A DNA stretch of 32,000 bases from NCBI RefSeq assembly GCF_000196355.1, contig NC_007614.1, positions 3,152,244 to 3,184,243 on the forward strand. Direction: 5' to 3'. Shown one piece after another: positions 9,646 to 22,206 of this stretch. Each line of letters opens with the position of its first letter. The first letter of the stretch is position 1. Under the pieces are notes generated by a model. It made no database searches. It worked only from the letters and a program-made list of their open reading frames with translations, and was not told the origin of the DNA. The DNA comes from Nitrosospira multiformis ATCC 25196 (lineage in GTDB: Bacteria > Pseudomonadota > Gammaproteobacteria > Burkholderiales > Nitrosomonadaceae). A program made the translations under genes and the position numbers.

Positions 9646-9924
9646 ATGAATGACCTGATAACTTACGATCAAGCCTACGATCTCGCGAATATTCTGATCA
9701 AGAAGGCGACCAAAGACGAGCTGGCGGAGTGCGCGCGACTGCTTGCATTAAATCTGGCTCACCATCAGGTGAAACACGGAGAGATAGCAGTAATAGACAC
9801 CTTAACCCTGCTGCGCTCATTTGAGTGTACCGAGGAACACCTGAATGTGTTGATGGAAGGCATGCTGAATCTGATAGGCGTCCTGGTAAACGTCTGCGGT
9901 GGGGTAGGGCAGGCAAAACATTGA
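9646..9924 (+). CDS. hypothetical helical 92-aa protein
   Basis: ORF with an ATG start and a helical-looking sequence. It is preceded by a bulged hairpin (about 9570-9610) and followed by the 14-bp palindrome AGTAAGCGCTTACT at 9936-9949. No family recognised. Confidence 0.4.
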   Translation: MNDLITYDQAYDLANILIKKATKDELAECARLLALNLAHHQVKHGEIAVIDTLTLLRSFECTEEHLNVLMEGMLNLIGVLVNVCGGVGQAKH

Positions 9925-10098
9925 GATTTGGTCTCAGTAAGCGCTTACTTCACATGAAGAGCGGCTGCTGAACCCTGCTATGGCTGAGTATTTCCTGAAT
10001 ACTCAGGTATCATGTGAGCCACATCTATCCCCAGGTAATTATGGGGGCTGAACGAGAGCGAATCAGGCCCACAAGGGTATCACACCATATTGGATCTC

Positions 10099-11433
10099 AT
10101 GCAGGTACAAGATAAGTCCCGATATCTCGCTCCGGGGGTAAGCCGACGTGAAGTCTGGTCATGGGCAATGTTCGACTTCGCGAATTCAGGCTACACCACC
10201 GTTGTGATTACCGCTATTTTTAACGCCTATTTCGTGGCGGTAGTGGCGAATAATGAAGCGTGGGGGACGTTTGCCTGGACAGCTGCGTTGGCAGTGTCTT
10301 ACGCGCTTATTATGGTGACCGCACCGGTGATAGGCGCTTATGCCGATGCATATGCGATGAAAAAGCCTCTGCTGCTGATAAGCACAATCGGTTGCGTGCT
10401 TTTTACCGCATTGCTTTACTTTGTCGGTCCGGGCGATCTGATGCTGGCCGTGGTATTGATCGTGCTAAGTAACTTTTTTTTCAGCAGCGGCACGAATTTG
10501 ATTTCTGCTTTTCTCCCGGAACTCGCCCACGGCGAGGCATTGGGAAAGGTTTCCGGGTGGGGCTGGAGTTTCGGCTATGTTGGCGGACTGATCAGCCTGG
10601 GATTGTCGTTGGCTTACGTGACCTGGGCACAAGGCCAGGGCAGGCCTGCAGAGCAGTTCGTTCCGGGCGCAATGCTTATAACGGCCGGCCTTTTCGCGAT
10701 TTCGAGCATACCGACTTTTCTCTTTCTCAAGGAACGTGCGCTGCCGCAACCGCATCCGGCGGAGCGCCATGTCGCGCGCGAAGCATTTGGCCGCTTGCTT
10801 GTCACGTTCCATCATGTGCGCGATTTTCGCGACCTCGTACGCTTTCTCGCATGTATCGTGTTTTACCAGGCGGGCATTCAGACGGTGATTACTTTAGCCG
10901 CCATCTATGCGCAGCAGGTAATGGGCTTTGATACCGGCGATACCATGTTTCTGGTTCTGGTTGTCAACATTACGGCCTCGATCGGTGCGTTCGCCTTCGG
11001 CCATATCCAGGACAGAATCGGCCATATTCCCACCATCGCGCTGACCCTCGGAGGCTGGATTGTAATGGTGCTGCTGGCATGGATGGCTGTGACGCGTCCC
11101 GTGTTCTGGCTTGCTGCCAATGTCGCCGGCCTCTGCCTGGGAGCGTCCCAATCGGCAGGGCGCGCACTGATAGGTTATTTGAGTCCGGATGCGAGACGCG
11201 CCGAATTTTTCGGACTGTGGGGACTTGCAGTCAATTTATCCTCGATACTCGGTCCGATCACGTATGGGATCGTGAGCTGGATTTCTGGAGGAGACCACCG
11301 GCTGGCCATGTTGATTACCGGCAGCTATTTTATTATTGGCTTGATGATATTGATGAGCATCGATATACAACGGGGACGACAAGCCGCACTGAATATCAGC
11401 CCTCCAGGGGAGAGGCTTACAGGGAATCGCTGA
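10099..11433 (+). CDS. MFS transporter, UMF1/Atg22-like family
   Basis: About 12 TM segments. The N-terminal motif WAMFDFANSGYTTVVITAIFNAYFV is typical of the UMF1 family. I use the ATG at 10099 rather than the TTG at 10090. Confidence 0.88.
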   Translation: MQVQDKSRYLAPGVSRREVWSWAMFDFANSGYTTVVITAIFNAYFVAVVANNEAWGTFAWTAALAVSYALIMVTAPVIGAYADAYAMKKPLLLISTIGCVLFTALLYFVGPGDLMLAVVLIVLSNFFFSSGTNLISAFLPELAHGEALGKVSGWGWSFGYVGGLISLGLSLAYVTWAQGQGRPAEQFVPGAMLITAGLFAISSIPTFLFLKERALPQPHPAERHVAREAFGRLLVTFHHVRDFRDLVRFLACIVFYQAGIQTVITLAAIYAQQVMGFDTGDTMFLVLVVNITASIGAFAFGHIQDRIGHIPTIALTLGGWIVMVLLAWMAVTRPVFWLAANVAGLCLGASQSAGRALIGYLSPDARRAEFFGLWGLAVNLSSILGPITYGIVSWISGGDHRLAMLITGSYFIIGLMILMSIDIQRGRQAALNISPPGERLTGNR

Positions 11434-11594
11434 TAAGCAATCCCCTGCAGGCTCCACGGCGCCAGGCTTTCCATTTCAGCTGCCCGTTATCTCTTTTTTG
11501 AGTCTGGCGCCATTGCCGCCGGTTTATCTGCGCTTATTCTTTATAAACGCAGATACCCGCCATTCCATCCTTGCGGGCCGCGGCTTGATAATAA

Positions 11595-12155
11595 TCAGTG
11601 ATGCATGTGGTGATTATGATCGCTACCCTGGTTCCCGCCTTGGCCGTGTGCCCCATGCCCACTGTGGCCGCTGTGATTTCCGTGACCGGCGTGATCACCA
11701 TGACCCTCTTCTGATTTTTTATCGCTCTTTTTCTGCGCATCCTTTGCCGCAGCCTTCAACGGAGTGAACCGGGCGGATTGGGCCTCTTGTTCCGGCAATT
11801 TGACAAATACGACGACTACCGTATCCGGGGTCAGGACAAAATCTCCTGTTCCCTTCAGCATGTTATTTCCCGCCGGCTCGAGCTTTATGGAAGTTTTCGG
11901 CTTGGCTTTGCCGACCTGAAATGCCGCCTTGCCCACGCCTCCTTCTGTGTTGATCTGCGCATCCGCATGATCTGTTACATAAACCGTCAATTCTTTATCT
12001 TTGGTTACAAGCTCCAGATGATAGGGCCCCGCCATACGCATCTGCCCGCCGTGGGGCGCGGCATGAGTCTCGAAATATTCGTCGGTATGCGCCGAGGCGG
12101 GCAATGACACGGCCAGAACAGCACTCGTCAAGACCATGACCATCGATTTAATCAT
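11595..12155 (-). CDS. secreted His-rich putative metal-binding protein
   Basis: Start at internal Met (12155), preceded by AAGGAG. Signal peptide MIKSMVMVLTSAVLAVSLPASA, then HTDEYFETHAAPHGGQMRMAGPYHLELV. The tail is EEGHGDHAGHGNHSGHSGHGAHGQGGNQGSDHNHHMHH. Confidence 0.8.
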   Translation of the reverse strand: MIKSMVMVLTSAVLAVSLPASAHTDEYFETHAAPHGGQMRMAGPYHLELVTKDKELTVYVTDHADAQINTEGGVGKAAFQVGKAKPKTSIKLEPAGNNMLKGTGDFVLTPDTVVVVFVKLPEQEAQSARFTPLKAAAKDAQKKSDKKSEEGHGDHAGHGNHSGHSGHGAHGQGGNQGSDHNHHMHH

Positions 12156-12522
12156 TTGCTCTACTCCTTGTAGGTACGAATTGAAGAATTGTAACGCCTG
12201 CCCCATCTCGGGAACTGTATTACTGCTTGCTTCTCTTGCCTGGATTGCTCTTACTTCTCTTCCTCGAAGCTTTCTGGAATCCCCCGCCGTATTTTTGCTT
12301 CCGGCTGTATTGCCTGGTTTTCCCTGCGCCCTGACCTGGAGGGCGGTACCTGCCTGTCGAAGGGAGCGGCGCGGGGATGCCCTGTAAAGGAACGCATGCT
12401 GTCAAGGCAGGCAGGTCGGGGCGTCAGCGGGCAGTTGAACCTGCCCGGACTGCTCCAAGGGCGCTCAAGGGGGATGGCGCTTCCTTCGCCCCGATCCTGG
12501 CATCCTTTCCACTACCGCTTGG

Positions 12523-14631
12523 CTAGTGCACATGCTCGCCTGGTGGGGGCAGGATCTCCTCTTCGCGGTTGAGCTGCGCTATCTGCTGCATCAGCATGTC
12601 GGAGGCGGACCAGCCTGCGCCATCGAGTTCGGGTATCCAGCGCGCCCGCAGGTAGCCGAAGCGGTCCACCAGGAACTCCATGTGGTCAGGCAGCGTGCCT
12701 GCGCCCAGGAGGTCCGGATGGGAGAGCGTGCGCCGGAACAGGGCATAGCTGCGCACGATCTCCTCCGCCCCTTCGGTCACGATGGGGAAGTGAACGCCCG
12801 CCTTGAGCTGGCCCAGCGCGGCAGCACTCAGGTCATGCTCGGGCACTGCCAGAAGCACCGTGTTGCCGGCCTGCAGCTTTGCATGGAGCGCTTCCAGTTG
12901 CGCCAGGCGCTCGCGGGATTGCGGCCAGGAGAATAATACCAGCAGCACGTTCTTCTGGTTGCGGAAGTCCTTCAGGGTGCCGCTTGAGCCATCCTGCGCC
13001 ACATACGAGAAATTGGGCGGGCCCATGTTGGGCTGCGGCTGCTCGGGCTTGACAGCGGGACTCATCAGGCGCGCCTGGTAGCCGCGCGACATGGCGTGCA
13101 GGAAGTTCACCACGTCCCAGCGGTCTTCCTCATCGAGCTTGTCGCCAAAGGAGGGCATGCCGGTATCGGGGATGCCGAAGGAGAGCCAGTGGAAGAAGTC
13201 GCCTGCGGTATGGCGGGCCGTGTGCGGTTCGGTCAAGAGGTCCACCGGCGGCTTGGCAAAGCTCTTGGCCATCACGCCGTCGCCCTTGCCCTGCAGCCCG
13301 TGACAGGCCACGCAGTTCTCGGCAAAGTGGACGGCGCCATTGGAAATGGAGATGGTGTCAAACGGCACCGGCGTCTTGCGGTAGGTCTCGGGATAGGCAT
13401 CCACCGTCAAGGGCGGCAGGCCCACGCCCAATCCGATGACCGCCAGGAGGACAGGCAACCCGAAGCGCAGCTTTTTGTCCCAGTGCTTCCTGCGCCCATA
13501 GAAGACTGCGGCTGCGGCCAGAACGAGCAGGGCGATGCCGCCGTAGACGCGCGGCATGATGACAGGCTCCCCCCAGGTGGCCGCAAGGGAGAAACGGAAG
13601 GAATAGGGCCAGTCCTGGATCAGGGCGTGCTTGGCAGGAACCGTGTTGGCCACGATGGTGGCAAGCAGCACTATCCCTAAGGCCAGCCCGAATTCCAGGC
13701 TCACCCATTTCCTGAGTTTGCGCCCGCCGTTATCCGCTCCTTTTGCGCCTGCGTCCTCGTAGAACAGCGGCAGCCAGCTCGAGCGCGCGCGCGAGGCGAT
13801 GATGAGCACCATCATGAGCAGGGCGATCTTGCCATTGAGCAGCCAGCCATATTTGGTGGCAACCAGGCCGCTGTAGTTGGTATCGACCATGCGGTAGGTG
13901 ATGAGGATGCCGGTTGCAATCACCGCCAGCATGACGGGCAGCGCCAGGGTGGAGAAGCGCCGCAGGGCCTGGGCATCATGCCGGAAAGCTTCCTCGCGCG
14001 ACTGGAATACGGCGTGGATGCGCTGGAGCGCCTGCGTCTGCAGGGCAGGCTGCGTTCCGGCGCTTCCGGCTTGCGCCTGCTTCAATTCGCTCTGGGGCTT
14101 GCAGGCAAAGCAGACCACCAGGAAAGCCGGCAGGGCGCCAAACCAGACGCTGCCCAGGATGATGTGCAGGGCGTAGGGCAGAAGCGAGACGACCGAGAGG
14201 TCCTCGGCTGCGGCGTGGCTGGCAAGCGAGCCGACCCCTAGGGTCAAGGCCGCCACACTTGCGCACAGGATGTATTGCCAGCGTGCGGGCGGGGAGAAGC
14301 GGATGTAGAGGGCAATGGCAAAGACGACGAGCGCGCAGGCGGCGCGCGCGAGCCAGATATGCCCCATGCGCGTATTCTCCATGAGGGAGAGCCAGGCGGC
14401 CGGATGCCAGGCGTTCTCGTCAATCCCGGTGGCTTGCGCCGTGGTGGTCGCCAGGATGCCGAACAGGCCGGTGAGCAGGATGAGGGCAAGCCACGGCAGC
14501 GCACGCTCCACCCGCGTGACCCAGGGCGAGTGGACGGAGCCGGCAATGGCCAGAAACACGCAGCCCCCCACCAGGATCATGTTGGACGCCAGCTGCGCCC
14601 AGCGCAGGAGCGTCGCGATGACCTCGATCAT
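12523..14631 (-). CDS. copD: CopD-family copper resistance/uptake membrane protein fused to a cytochrome c domain and a thioredoxin-fold domain
   Basis: 702 aa. The N-terminal ~300 aa are polytopic and CopD-like, followed by further TM segments. A single heme c motif CVACHG sits in ENCVACHGLQGKGDG. The C-terminal ~190 aa have an AhpC/TSA-like layout (NVLLVLFSWPQSRERLAQL) but no Cys. The start overlaps the copC stop (ATGA). Confidence 0.88.
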   Translation of the reverse strand: MIEVIATLLRWAQLASNMILVGGCVFLAIAGSVHSPWVTRVERALPWLALILLTGLFGILATTTAQATGIDENAWHPAAWLSLMENTRMGHIWLARAACALVVFAIALYIRFSPPARWQYILCASVAALTLGVGSLASHAAAEDLSVVSLLPYALHIILGSVWFGALPAFLVVCFACKPQSELKQAQAGSAGTQPALQTQALQRIHAVFQSREEAFRHDAQALRRFSTLALPVMLAVIATGILITYRMVDTNYSGLVATKYGWLLNGKIALLMMVLIIASRARSSWLPLFYEDAGAKGADNGGRKLRKWVSLEFGLALGIVLLATIVANTVPAKHALIQDWPYSFRFSLAATWGEPVIMPRVYGGIALLVLAAAAVFYGRRKHWDKKLRFGLPVLLAVIGLGVGLPPLTVDAYPETYRKTPVPFDTISISNGAVHFAENCVACHGLQGKGDGVMAKSFAKPPVDLLTEPHTARHTAGDFFHWLSFGIPDTGMPSFGDKLDEEDRWDVVNFLHAMSRGYQARLMSPAVKPEQPQPNMGPPNFSYVAQDGSSGTLKDFRNQKNVLLVLFSWPQSRERLAQLEALHAKLQAGNTVLLAVPEHDLSAAALGQLKAGVHFPIVTEGAEEIVRSYALFRRTLSHPDLLGAGTLPDHMEFLVDRFGYLRARWIPELDGAGWSASDMLMQQIAQLNREEEILPPPGEHVH

Positions 14632-15053
14632 TTCGCGGCGGCTTTGTTCTTTATCGTGAAGTCGTGGGACGAGTCAACCACATGCCCGTCCACCGACAGC
14701 ACCCGGAACTTGACCGTGTACTTGCCCGGGCTCAATTCCGGCAGGGGCAGAACGATGGCTTTGGGGTCGTTGGCATCGATATGCGGTTTGGTTTCGGTGA
14801 CAGGGGTCTTGGAGGCGTCGAGTACGGAGAGTGCGGCATAGTCCTTTTCGACTTCTTCGTTGAAGAACAGCCGCACCTGGGTGGGGGCCTGGGTCAGTTG
14901 CGCGCGGCGCGCAGGTTCTGCCTTGACCAGCATGGCGTGCGCCAGCGCCGGGCTGCTGTGCAGCCCCGCTACCAGCAGCAGGAACGACAAAAGGCTGCCT
15001 GCCAGTAAGTGAACACTTGCTCTCCTGTCGGCAGATATCATCGATGGTTGCAT
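14628..15053 (-). CDS. copC: copper-binding periplasmic protein CopC
   Basis: Start at internal Met (15053) with AAGAGGAG upstream. The signal peptide ends ALA, followed by HAMLVKAEPA. The CopC/YobA fold signature GKYTVKFRVLSVDGHVV is present. Confidence 0.9.
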   Translation of the reverse strand: MQPSMISADRRASVHLLAGSLLSFLLLVAGLHSSPALAHAMLVKAEPARRAQLTQAPTQVRLFFNEEVEKDYAALSVLDASKTPVTETKPHIDANDPKAIVLPLPELSPGKYTVKFRVLSVDGHVVDSSHDFTIKNKAAAK

Positions 15054-15334
15054 TTTTGCTCCTCTTATATGGGCTCTGCACCCGAAGATCGGGCTTCGGG
15101 CAGCCACTGTGGTCCTTGTCTTTTTTATTTGTCCCCGGTTGTTCTTGTTCGATCTGCACCCGGTTGACTTTTTTGTTCCTGCCTTATTGCATCTTGGACT
15201 CTTTCCCGCGCTTATGGTTCAGAGGGGGAGCCAGGCCGCGGCCCATGCCCGGGGTGCCCCCTGCACAAAGGGACTGCGGCGAGCCCAAGCTCAAGTCAAC
15301 CTGAAGTCAGCGCTTACTCTCTTCCTTCCCTTTG

Positions 15335-15925
15335 CTAGGCGCTTGCACCGGCGGATTTGCGTCCGCGCAGGAAGAAGACGGCCGCTCCTATGATCACCGC
15401 CGCAATGGCGATGATGAGGTAGGGCGACATGCCCTTGGGTTCACCCACGGAGAAGGGGAAGCGCGAGACCAGCGGTTCCTTGTCGGTGACGGTCACGAGC
15501 CCCACGAACTTGCCAGGCTGGGTGAAGTTGTATTCAAAATTGATGGAGCCATTGGGATAGACCTTGGGCGGTATGTGCAGGATGGTGATTTCATCGAGCT
15601 TCTGCTGTTCGTCGGGAGCGGGCTGTCCGCCTGAACCGGTGTCGCGGATGATGCGCACTTCGGTGGGCAGGGGGCGCAGCGCTTCTTCAATGTAGTCCAG
15701 GGCAACTACGGTGCGGCCGGTATTGGGAATGTCTTCGCAGAATTCCTTCTCCTGCGTGGCATCCGGCTGGTAGCCGGTAAAGTGCATGGTGTAGGGGCCG
15801 ATGGTGAGCTTGCATATATCATCGGCAAGCGACAGGCCGCCGTGCGCTTCCACCTGGGAGGAGAAGGGCAGGGCCAGGGCAAATACCAGTCCGATCAAGG
15901 CAGGTTTGAGTGAGGATGAGAACAT
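15335..15925 (-). CDS. amoD: AmoD (orf5), PmoD/AmoD-family periplasmic membrane-anchored protein
   Basis: Paralog of the adjacent gene. Signal peptide ending VEA, then HGGLSLADDICKL...YQP, and a C-terminal TM segment (YLIIAIAAVIIGAAVFFL). Its position as the second gene after amoB matches the amoCABED order of beta-AOB. Confidence 0.85.
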   Translation of the reverse strand: MFSSSLKPALIGLVFALALPFSSQVEAHGGLSLADDICKLTIGPYTMHFTGYQPDATQEKEFCEDIPNTGRTVVALDYIEEALRPLPTEVRIIRDTGSGGQPAPDEQQKLDEITILHIPPKVYPNGSINFEYNFTQPGKFVGLVTVTDKEPLVSRFPFSVGEPKGMSPYLIIAIAAVIIGAAVFFLRGRKSAGASA

Positions 15926-16074
15926 TATCAATTCGCCTATATAAGTATGGTGAGTCAGTGAATCAGTGATCCTGCAGGGTCGCGGTTGCATTTATCCGCC
16001 GCTGTTTTGCCAGGCTTGTGTCCGGCGCTCCTCTGCAACGGCAGGAGCCGGTTTATCCGGTGACCTTTCCTGCA

Positions 16075-16665
16075 TTACGGGTTGCGCGAGGAGCGCCAGC
16101 GTTGCACGCGCGGGGATTTCACGAGCTTGTATCCCAGCACGGCAAGCAGCAGCAGGGCGATCAGGGGGCCTACCGCGGCGCGGAATATTTCGGAATAGTT
16201 GATCATCTGTACCCGCAGGGGATACTGGTAGCGCAGGGGCGGCACGCCTTCTGCGGTGATGAATACGGTGTAGAGTCCCTGCTCGAGGGTGGTCTGGCCC
16301 TGGATGACACCATCCGGATGGTGCACAGGACGCAGTTGCGTGACCATCTCGTCCTCTTCGCTCGTGCCCCGTACCACCTTCATGCCAATGGGCATGTCGC
16401 GCATGGCAGGGTCGATGAGGTCGATCACGAGGAAGGTATCGCCTCCCTTGGGAATCTCGGTGCAGTATTGGGCAGTAGGTTCGAATTGCGGCTGGTAGGC
16501 GCTCAGATGCACCATGTTCTCGCCGATACGGCGCACGCAGCTGTCTTCTTCCAGCGATTCCTTGCCGTGCGCGCTAACAAACCCGCTGTAGAGGGTGGTA
16601 ATCAGCAGCAGCGCCAGGGCACCTGCCCGGCTGCCTTGTCTGCTCGAAGTGCCTTTCGCTTGCAT
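16075..16665 (-). CDS. amoE: AmoE (orf4), PmoD/AmoD-family paralog
   Basis: Signal peptide ending VSA, then HGKESLEEDSCVRRIG...YQP, and a C-terminal TM segment. The start is set at Met12 (16665) because the longer ORF would overlap the amoB terminator hairpin. Confidence 0.85.
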   Translation of the reverse strand: MQAKGTSSRQGSRAGALALLLITTLYSGFVSAHGKESLEEDSCVRRIGENMVHLSAYQPQFEPTAQYCTEIPKGGDTFLVIDLIDPAMRDMPIGMKVVRGTSEEDEMVTQLRPVHHPDGVIQGQTTLEQGLYTVFITAEGVPPLRYQYPLRVQMINYSEIFRAAVGPLIALLLLAVLGYKLVKSPRVQRWRSSRNP

Positions 16666-16680
16666 TTCTCTAGATTCGTT

Positions 16681-16730
16681 AAAAAAACACCGATCCACCT
16701 TGCCGTCTGTAACGGTGGCGGACCGGTGTT
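16681..16730 (-). terminator. rho-independent terminator downstream of amoB
   Basis: The minus strand reads AACACCGGTCCGCCACCGTTACAGACGGCAAGGTGGATCGGTGTT followed by TTTTT. The outer stem is AACACCG/CGGTGTT, with inner pairings CCACC/GGTGG and CCGT/ACGG. Confidence 0.65.
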
Positions 16731-16846
16731 TGCATGCTGCCTGTTCCAGTCTTGGCCCGGTTTCTGCCCTGGTCGGGCAGGAGCCGGGCGGCTTTTTAGG
16801 ATTGACCCGGGATTAGTCCTGTAGGGCTTGCCCCCGGGGTTTGTCC

Positions 16847-18934
<2,088 letters not shown>

Positions 18935-19170
18935 TTACGCGACTAAAACATATCAATCGTTGCCGTGCTGCTCTACTGCTTGCCATCCTCGCAGTCCCTG
19001 ATGACGTTGCCGCGAATTCCCGGGAACCTCGTGATTCAACAAGGGTCTACATGACTGTATAAATCCCTTGTCGCTTCCTTGTTGCTCCCGGATCCGGCGA
19101 CTCCCTTCCCCTTTTGCTCCAGGTGCCGCCGCTTCGCATTGCTTGAGTCTGCCCGGCTGTGTTACCGCTG

Positions 19171-19204
19171 GCCGCATCGCTCTCCTGTTCGGAGGCGATG
19201 CGGC
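19171..19204 (-). other. strong stem-loop about 35 nt downstream of the amoC stop, with no U tract
   Basis: GCCGCATCGC-CTCC-GAACA-GGAG-A-GCGATGCGGC on the minus strand. The outer stem is a perfect 10 bp, plus a 4-bp inner stem. Confidence 0.6.
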
Positions 19205-19239
19205 TATTGCTGCTTATGCGTGTGTCAGCGAGTCAGTCC

Positions 19240-20136
<897 letters not shown>

Positions 20137-20452
20137 TCAACTCCGGCAGAAGCGCTTGCCCTTCATGCTTCCAACTTCCAACATCCGCTTGCTGCCGCTT
20201 CTCTACTGCACAAAACCCGGCGCGCAAGAACAAATTGTCGCTTACTTCCCAATACCGGCAGCACCAAACAGCCGCACCAGAACACCCAAATCCTTCCCTG
20301 GTACCACCTTTATTGCCGCTACCAGTACTTTACATACCCATAAGCCCGTAAAGACTACTCCCCGCCATACCCCTAAGTCAAGCAGTTTGTCAGCGAGGTA
20401 GAAGTGAGCACTTACTTTGAAAGAGACTCCGGATTACTCTGGAATCGTCGGA

Positions 20453-21310
20453 TTACCACCGTGACAATATCCCATCCAGTTGTTCCAGGGTTTCGTAATG
20501 AATCAGTATGGTTCCTTTACCCTTTTTCCCGGGGGTTATTACGACCTGCGCTCCGATTTTTGCCGAGAAATTCTCCTGTAACCGGAGTAAATCGCGGTCG
20601 CGCTGGGGATGATGTTTTACCACTGGATGTTCGATCTGATATACCAGCTTTTCTGTTTCACGTACTGAAAGTCCTTTATGCACTACAAGATTTGCCGTCT
20701 CTATCTGCTTGGCTGCAGCGAGTGACAGCAATGCGCGAGCGTGCCCCATGTCGATCTTTCCCTGCATCAGCAGTTCCTGGACAGGCGCAGCCAGATTAAG
20801 CAATCTCAGGAGATTGGAAACCGCACTGCGCGAACTTCCCAAAGCTTCGCTGGCAGCCTGGTGCGTCATGCCGAAGTCCCTGATGAGCCTCTGGATTCCC
20901 AAGGCTTCTTCCAGTGGGTTTAGATTTTCGCGTTGAATATTCTCGATCAGCGACATTGCCAGCGCAGCCTCATCCGGAACCTCGCGGATCAGAGCGGGCA
21001 CCTCGCCCAATCCCGCCAGTTGCGCTGCACGCCAGCGGCGCTCGCCGGCGATGATTTCGTACTTTCCACCCCCGACTGGTCGCACGAGTACTGGCTGCAT
21101 CACCCCCTGGGCTTTGATGGAGTCCGCCAGTTCTCCCAACGATTCCTTATCCATGCGCGTACGCGGCTGGTATTTTCCCGGCTGCAGCAGCGAGACCTTG
21201 ATGCTCTGAAGCGTCTCCTCCGAGACAGCGTTACCGCCGCTGCCCGCCAGCAACGCATCCAGCCCTCTCCCCAATCCTCTTATTTTCATTTTCCTTTCGT
21301 CCGGCTTCAT
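20453..21310 (-). CDS. parB: chromosome partitioning protein ParB
   Basis: 285 aa containing [19 protein letters not shown] (ParB box) and an HTH region. Confidence 0.95.
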   Translation of the reverse strand: MKPDERKMKIRGLGRGLDALLAGSGGNAVSEETLQSIKVSLLQPGKYQPRTRMDKESLGELADSIKAQGVMQPVLVRPVGGGKYEIIAGERRWRAAQLAGLGEVPALIREVPDEAALAMSLIENIQRENLNPLEEALGIQRLIRDFGMTHQAASEALGSSRSAVSNLLRLLNLAAPVQELLMQGKIDMGHARALLSLAAAKQIETANLVVHKGLSVRETEKLVYQIEHPVVKHHPQRDRDLLRLQENFSAKIGAQVVITPGKKGKGTILIHYETLEQLDGILSRW

Positions 21311-21315
21311 ATCTT

Positions 21316-22134
21316 CTAGGCTTCAAGTGTCTGTTGATACTGCTGGTCCGGCATGGCGCTCTCCGGAAAGTATCGGGTCACTATTTCACGCGCCAGTGCC
21401 AGGTAAGCCTGCGTACCCTTGGATAATCTGTCATGGTACAACGCCGGAATACCAAAGCTGGGCGCCTCGGCTAATCGCACGTTACGGGGAATTACCGTAC
21501 GGTAGACCCGGTCTCCGAAGTACTGTTGCAACTGATCGGAAACCTGCTGTGCGAGAATATTGCGTGGATCGAACATGGTGCGCAACAATCCCTCGATCTC
21601 AAGTTTGGAATTAAAGTGAGCACGCACTTTCTTAATGGTGTTGACCAGGTCGCTCAATCCTTCGAGAGCATAGTATTCGCACTGCATCGGGATCACCACG
21701 GCTTCGGCCGCGCACAAACCATTCAACGTGAGCAAATTAAGGGCAGGTGGACAATCGATAAGAATAAAATCATATTCCCGCTCGACTTCCCGCAAGGCTT
21801 CCCGCAGGCGTGTTTCCCGCCCCGGTAAATCAATCAACTCTATTTCTGCCCCGGCAAGCTCGCGATTGGCGGGGAGCAGATCATATTTTCCGCTGGGGGA
21901 GGAGACTCTCACGTCCACCACGCTCGCGCTTCCCAGCAGAACCTGATAAACGGTGTGCTCCAACTGGCCCTTGTCTACCCCGCTGCCCATCGTGGCGTTA
22001 CCCTGCGGATCAAGGTCTATCAACAGCACGCGCCGCTTCACAGCTTCAAGGCTTGCCGCCAAATTGACGCTGGTAGTCGTTTTCCCTACCCCACCTTTTT
22101 GATTGGTTACTGCCAGAATTTTCGCCATTGCCAC
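21316..22134 (-). CDS. parA: chromosome partitioning ATPase ParA/Soj
   Basis: 272 aa with the deviant Walker A motif NQKGGVGKTTT and ILIDCPPAL. Confidence 0.95.
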   Translation of the reverse strand: MAMAKILAVTNQKGGVGKTTTSVNLAASLEAVKRRVLLIDLDPQGNATMGSGVDKGQLEHTVYQVLLGSASVVDVRVSSPSGKYDLLPANRELAGAEIELIDLPGRETRLREALREVEREYDFILIDCPPALNLLTLNGLCAAEAVVIPMQCEYYALEGLSDLVNTIKKVRAHFNSKLEIEGLLRTMFDPRNILAQQVSDQLQQYFGDRVYRTVIPRNVRLAEAPSFGIPALYHDRLSKGTQAYLALAREIVTRYFPESAMPDQQYQQTLEA

Positions 22135-22206
22135 TCCTAGAACCGAGATACCGGAAGCCGATCAATAAGAGGTGAAAAACTTGGCGAAAAGCCAAGGAAT
22201 CTTACT

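Noticed and set aside
9925-10098. Search for a third copy of the tRNA-Thr 3-prime core to mark the distal island boundary.
   Set aside because: Nothing resembling CCTCTCAACAGCAC was found. Only a 14-bp palindrome (9936-9949) and an 8-bp-stem hairpin (9974-9996) are present, so the distal boundary is left undefined.
12207-12522. ORFs 12136..12387 (+) and 12220..12405 (-) in the copD / His-rich gene spacer.
   Set aside because: They are short and mutually overlapping with biased composition, and no motifs or RBS were seen. The spacer does contain a 7-bp-stem hairpin (CGGGCAG/CTGCCCG) but no U tract.
18953-19177. 74-aa minus-strand ORF in the amoC-amoA spacer.
   Set aside because: It is Arg/Gln/Gly-rich, has no RBS, and lies in a spacer known to be non-coding in beta-AOB. 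It also overlaps the stem-loop region.
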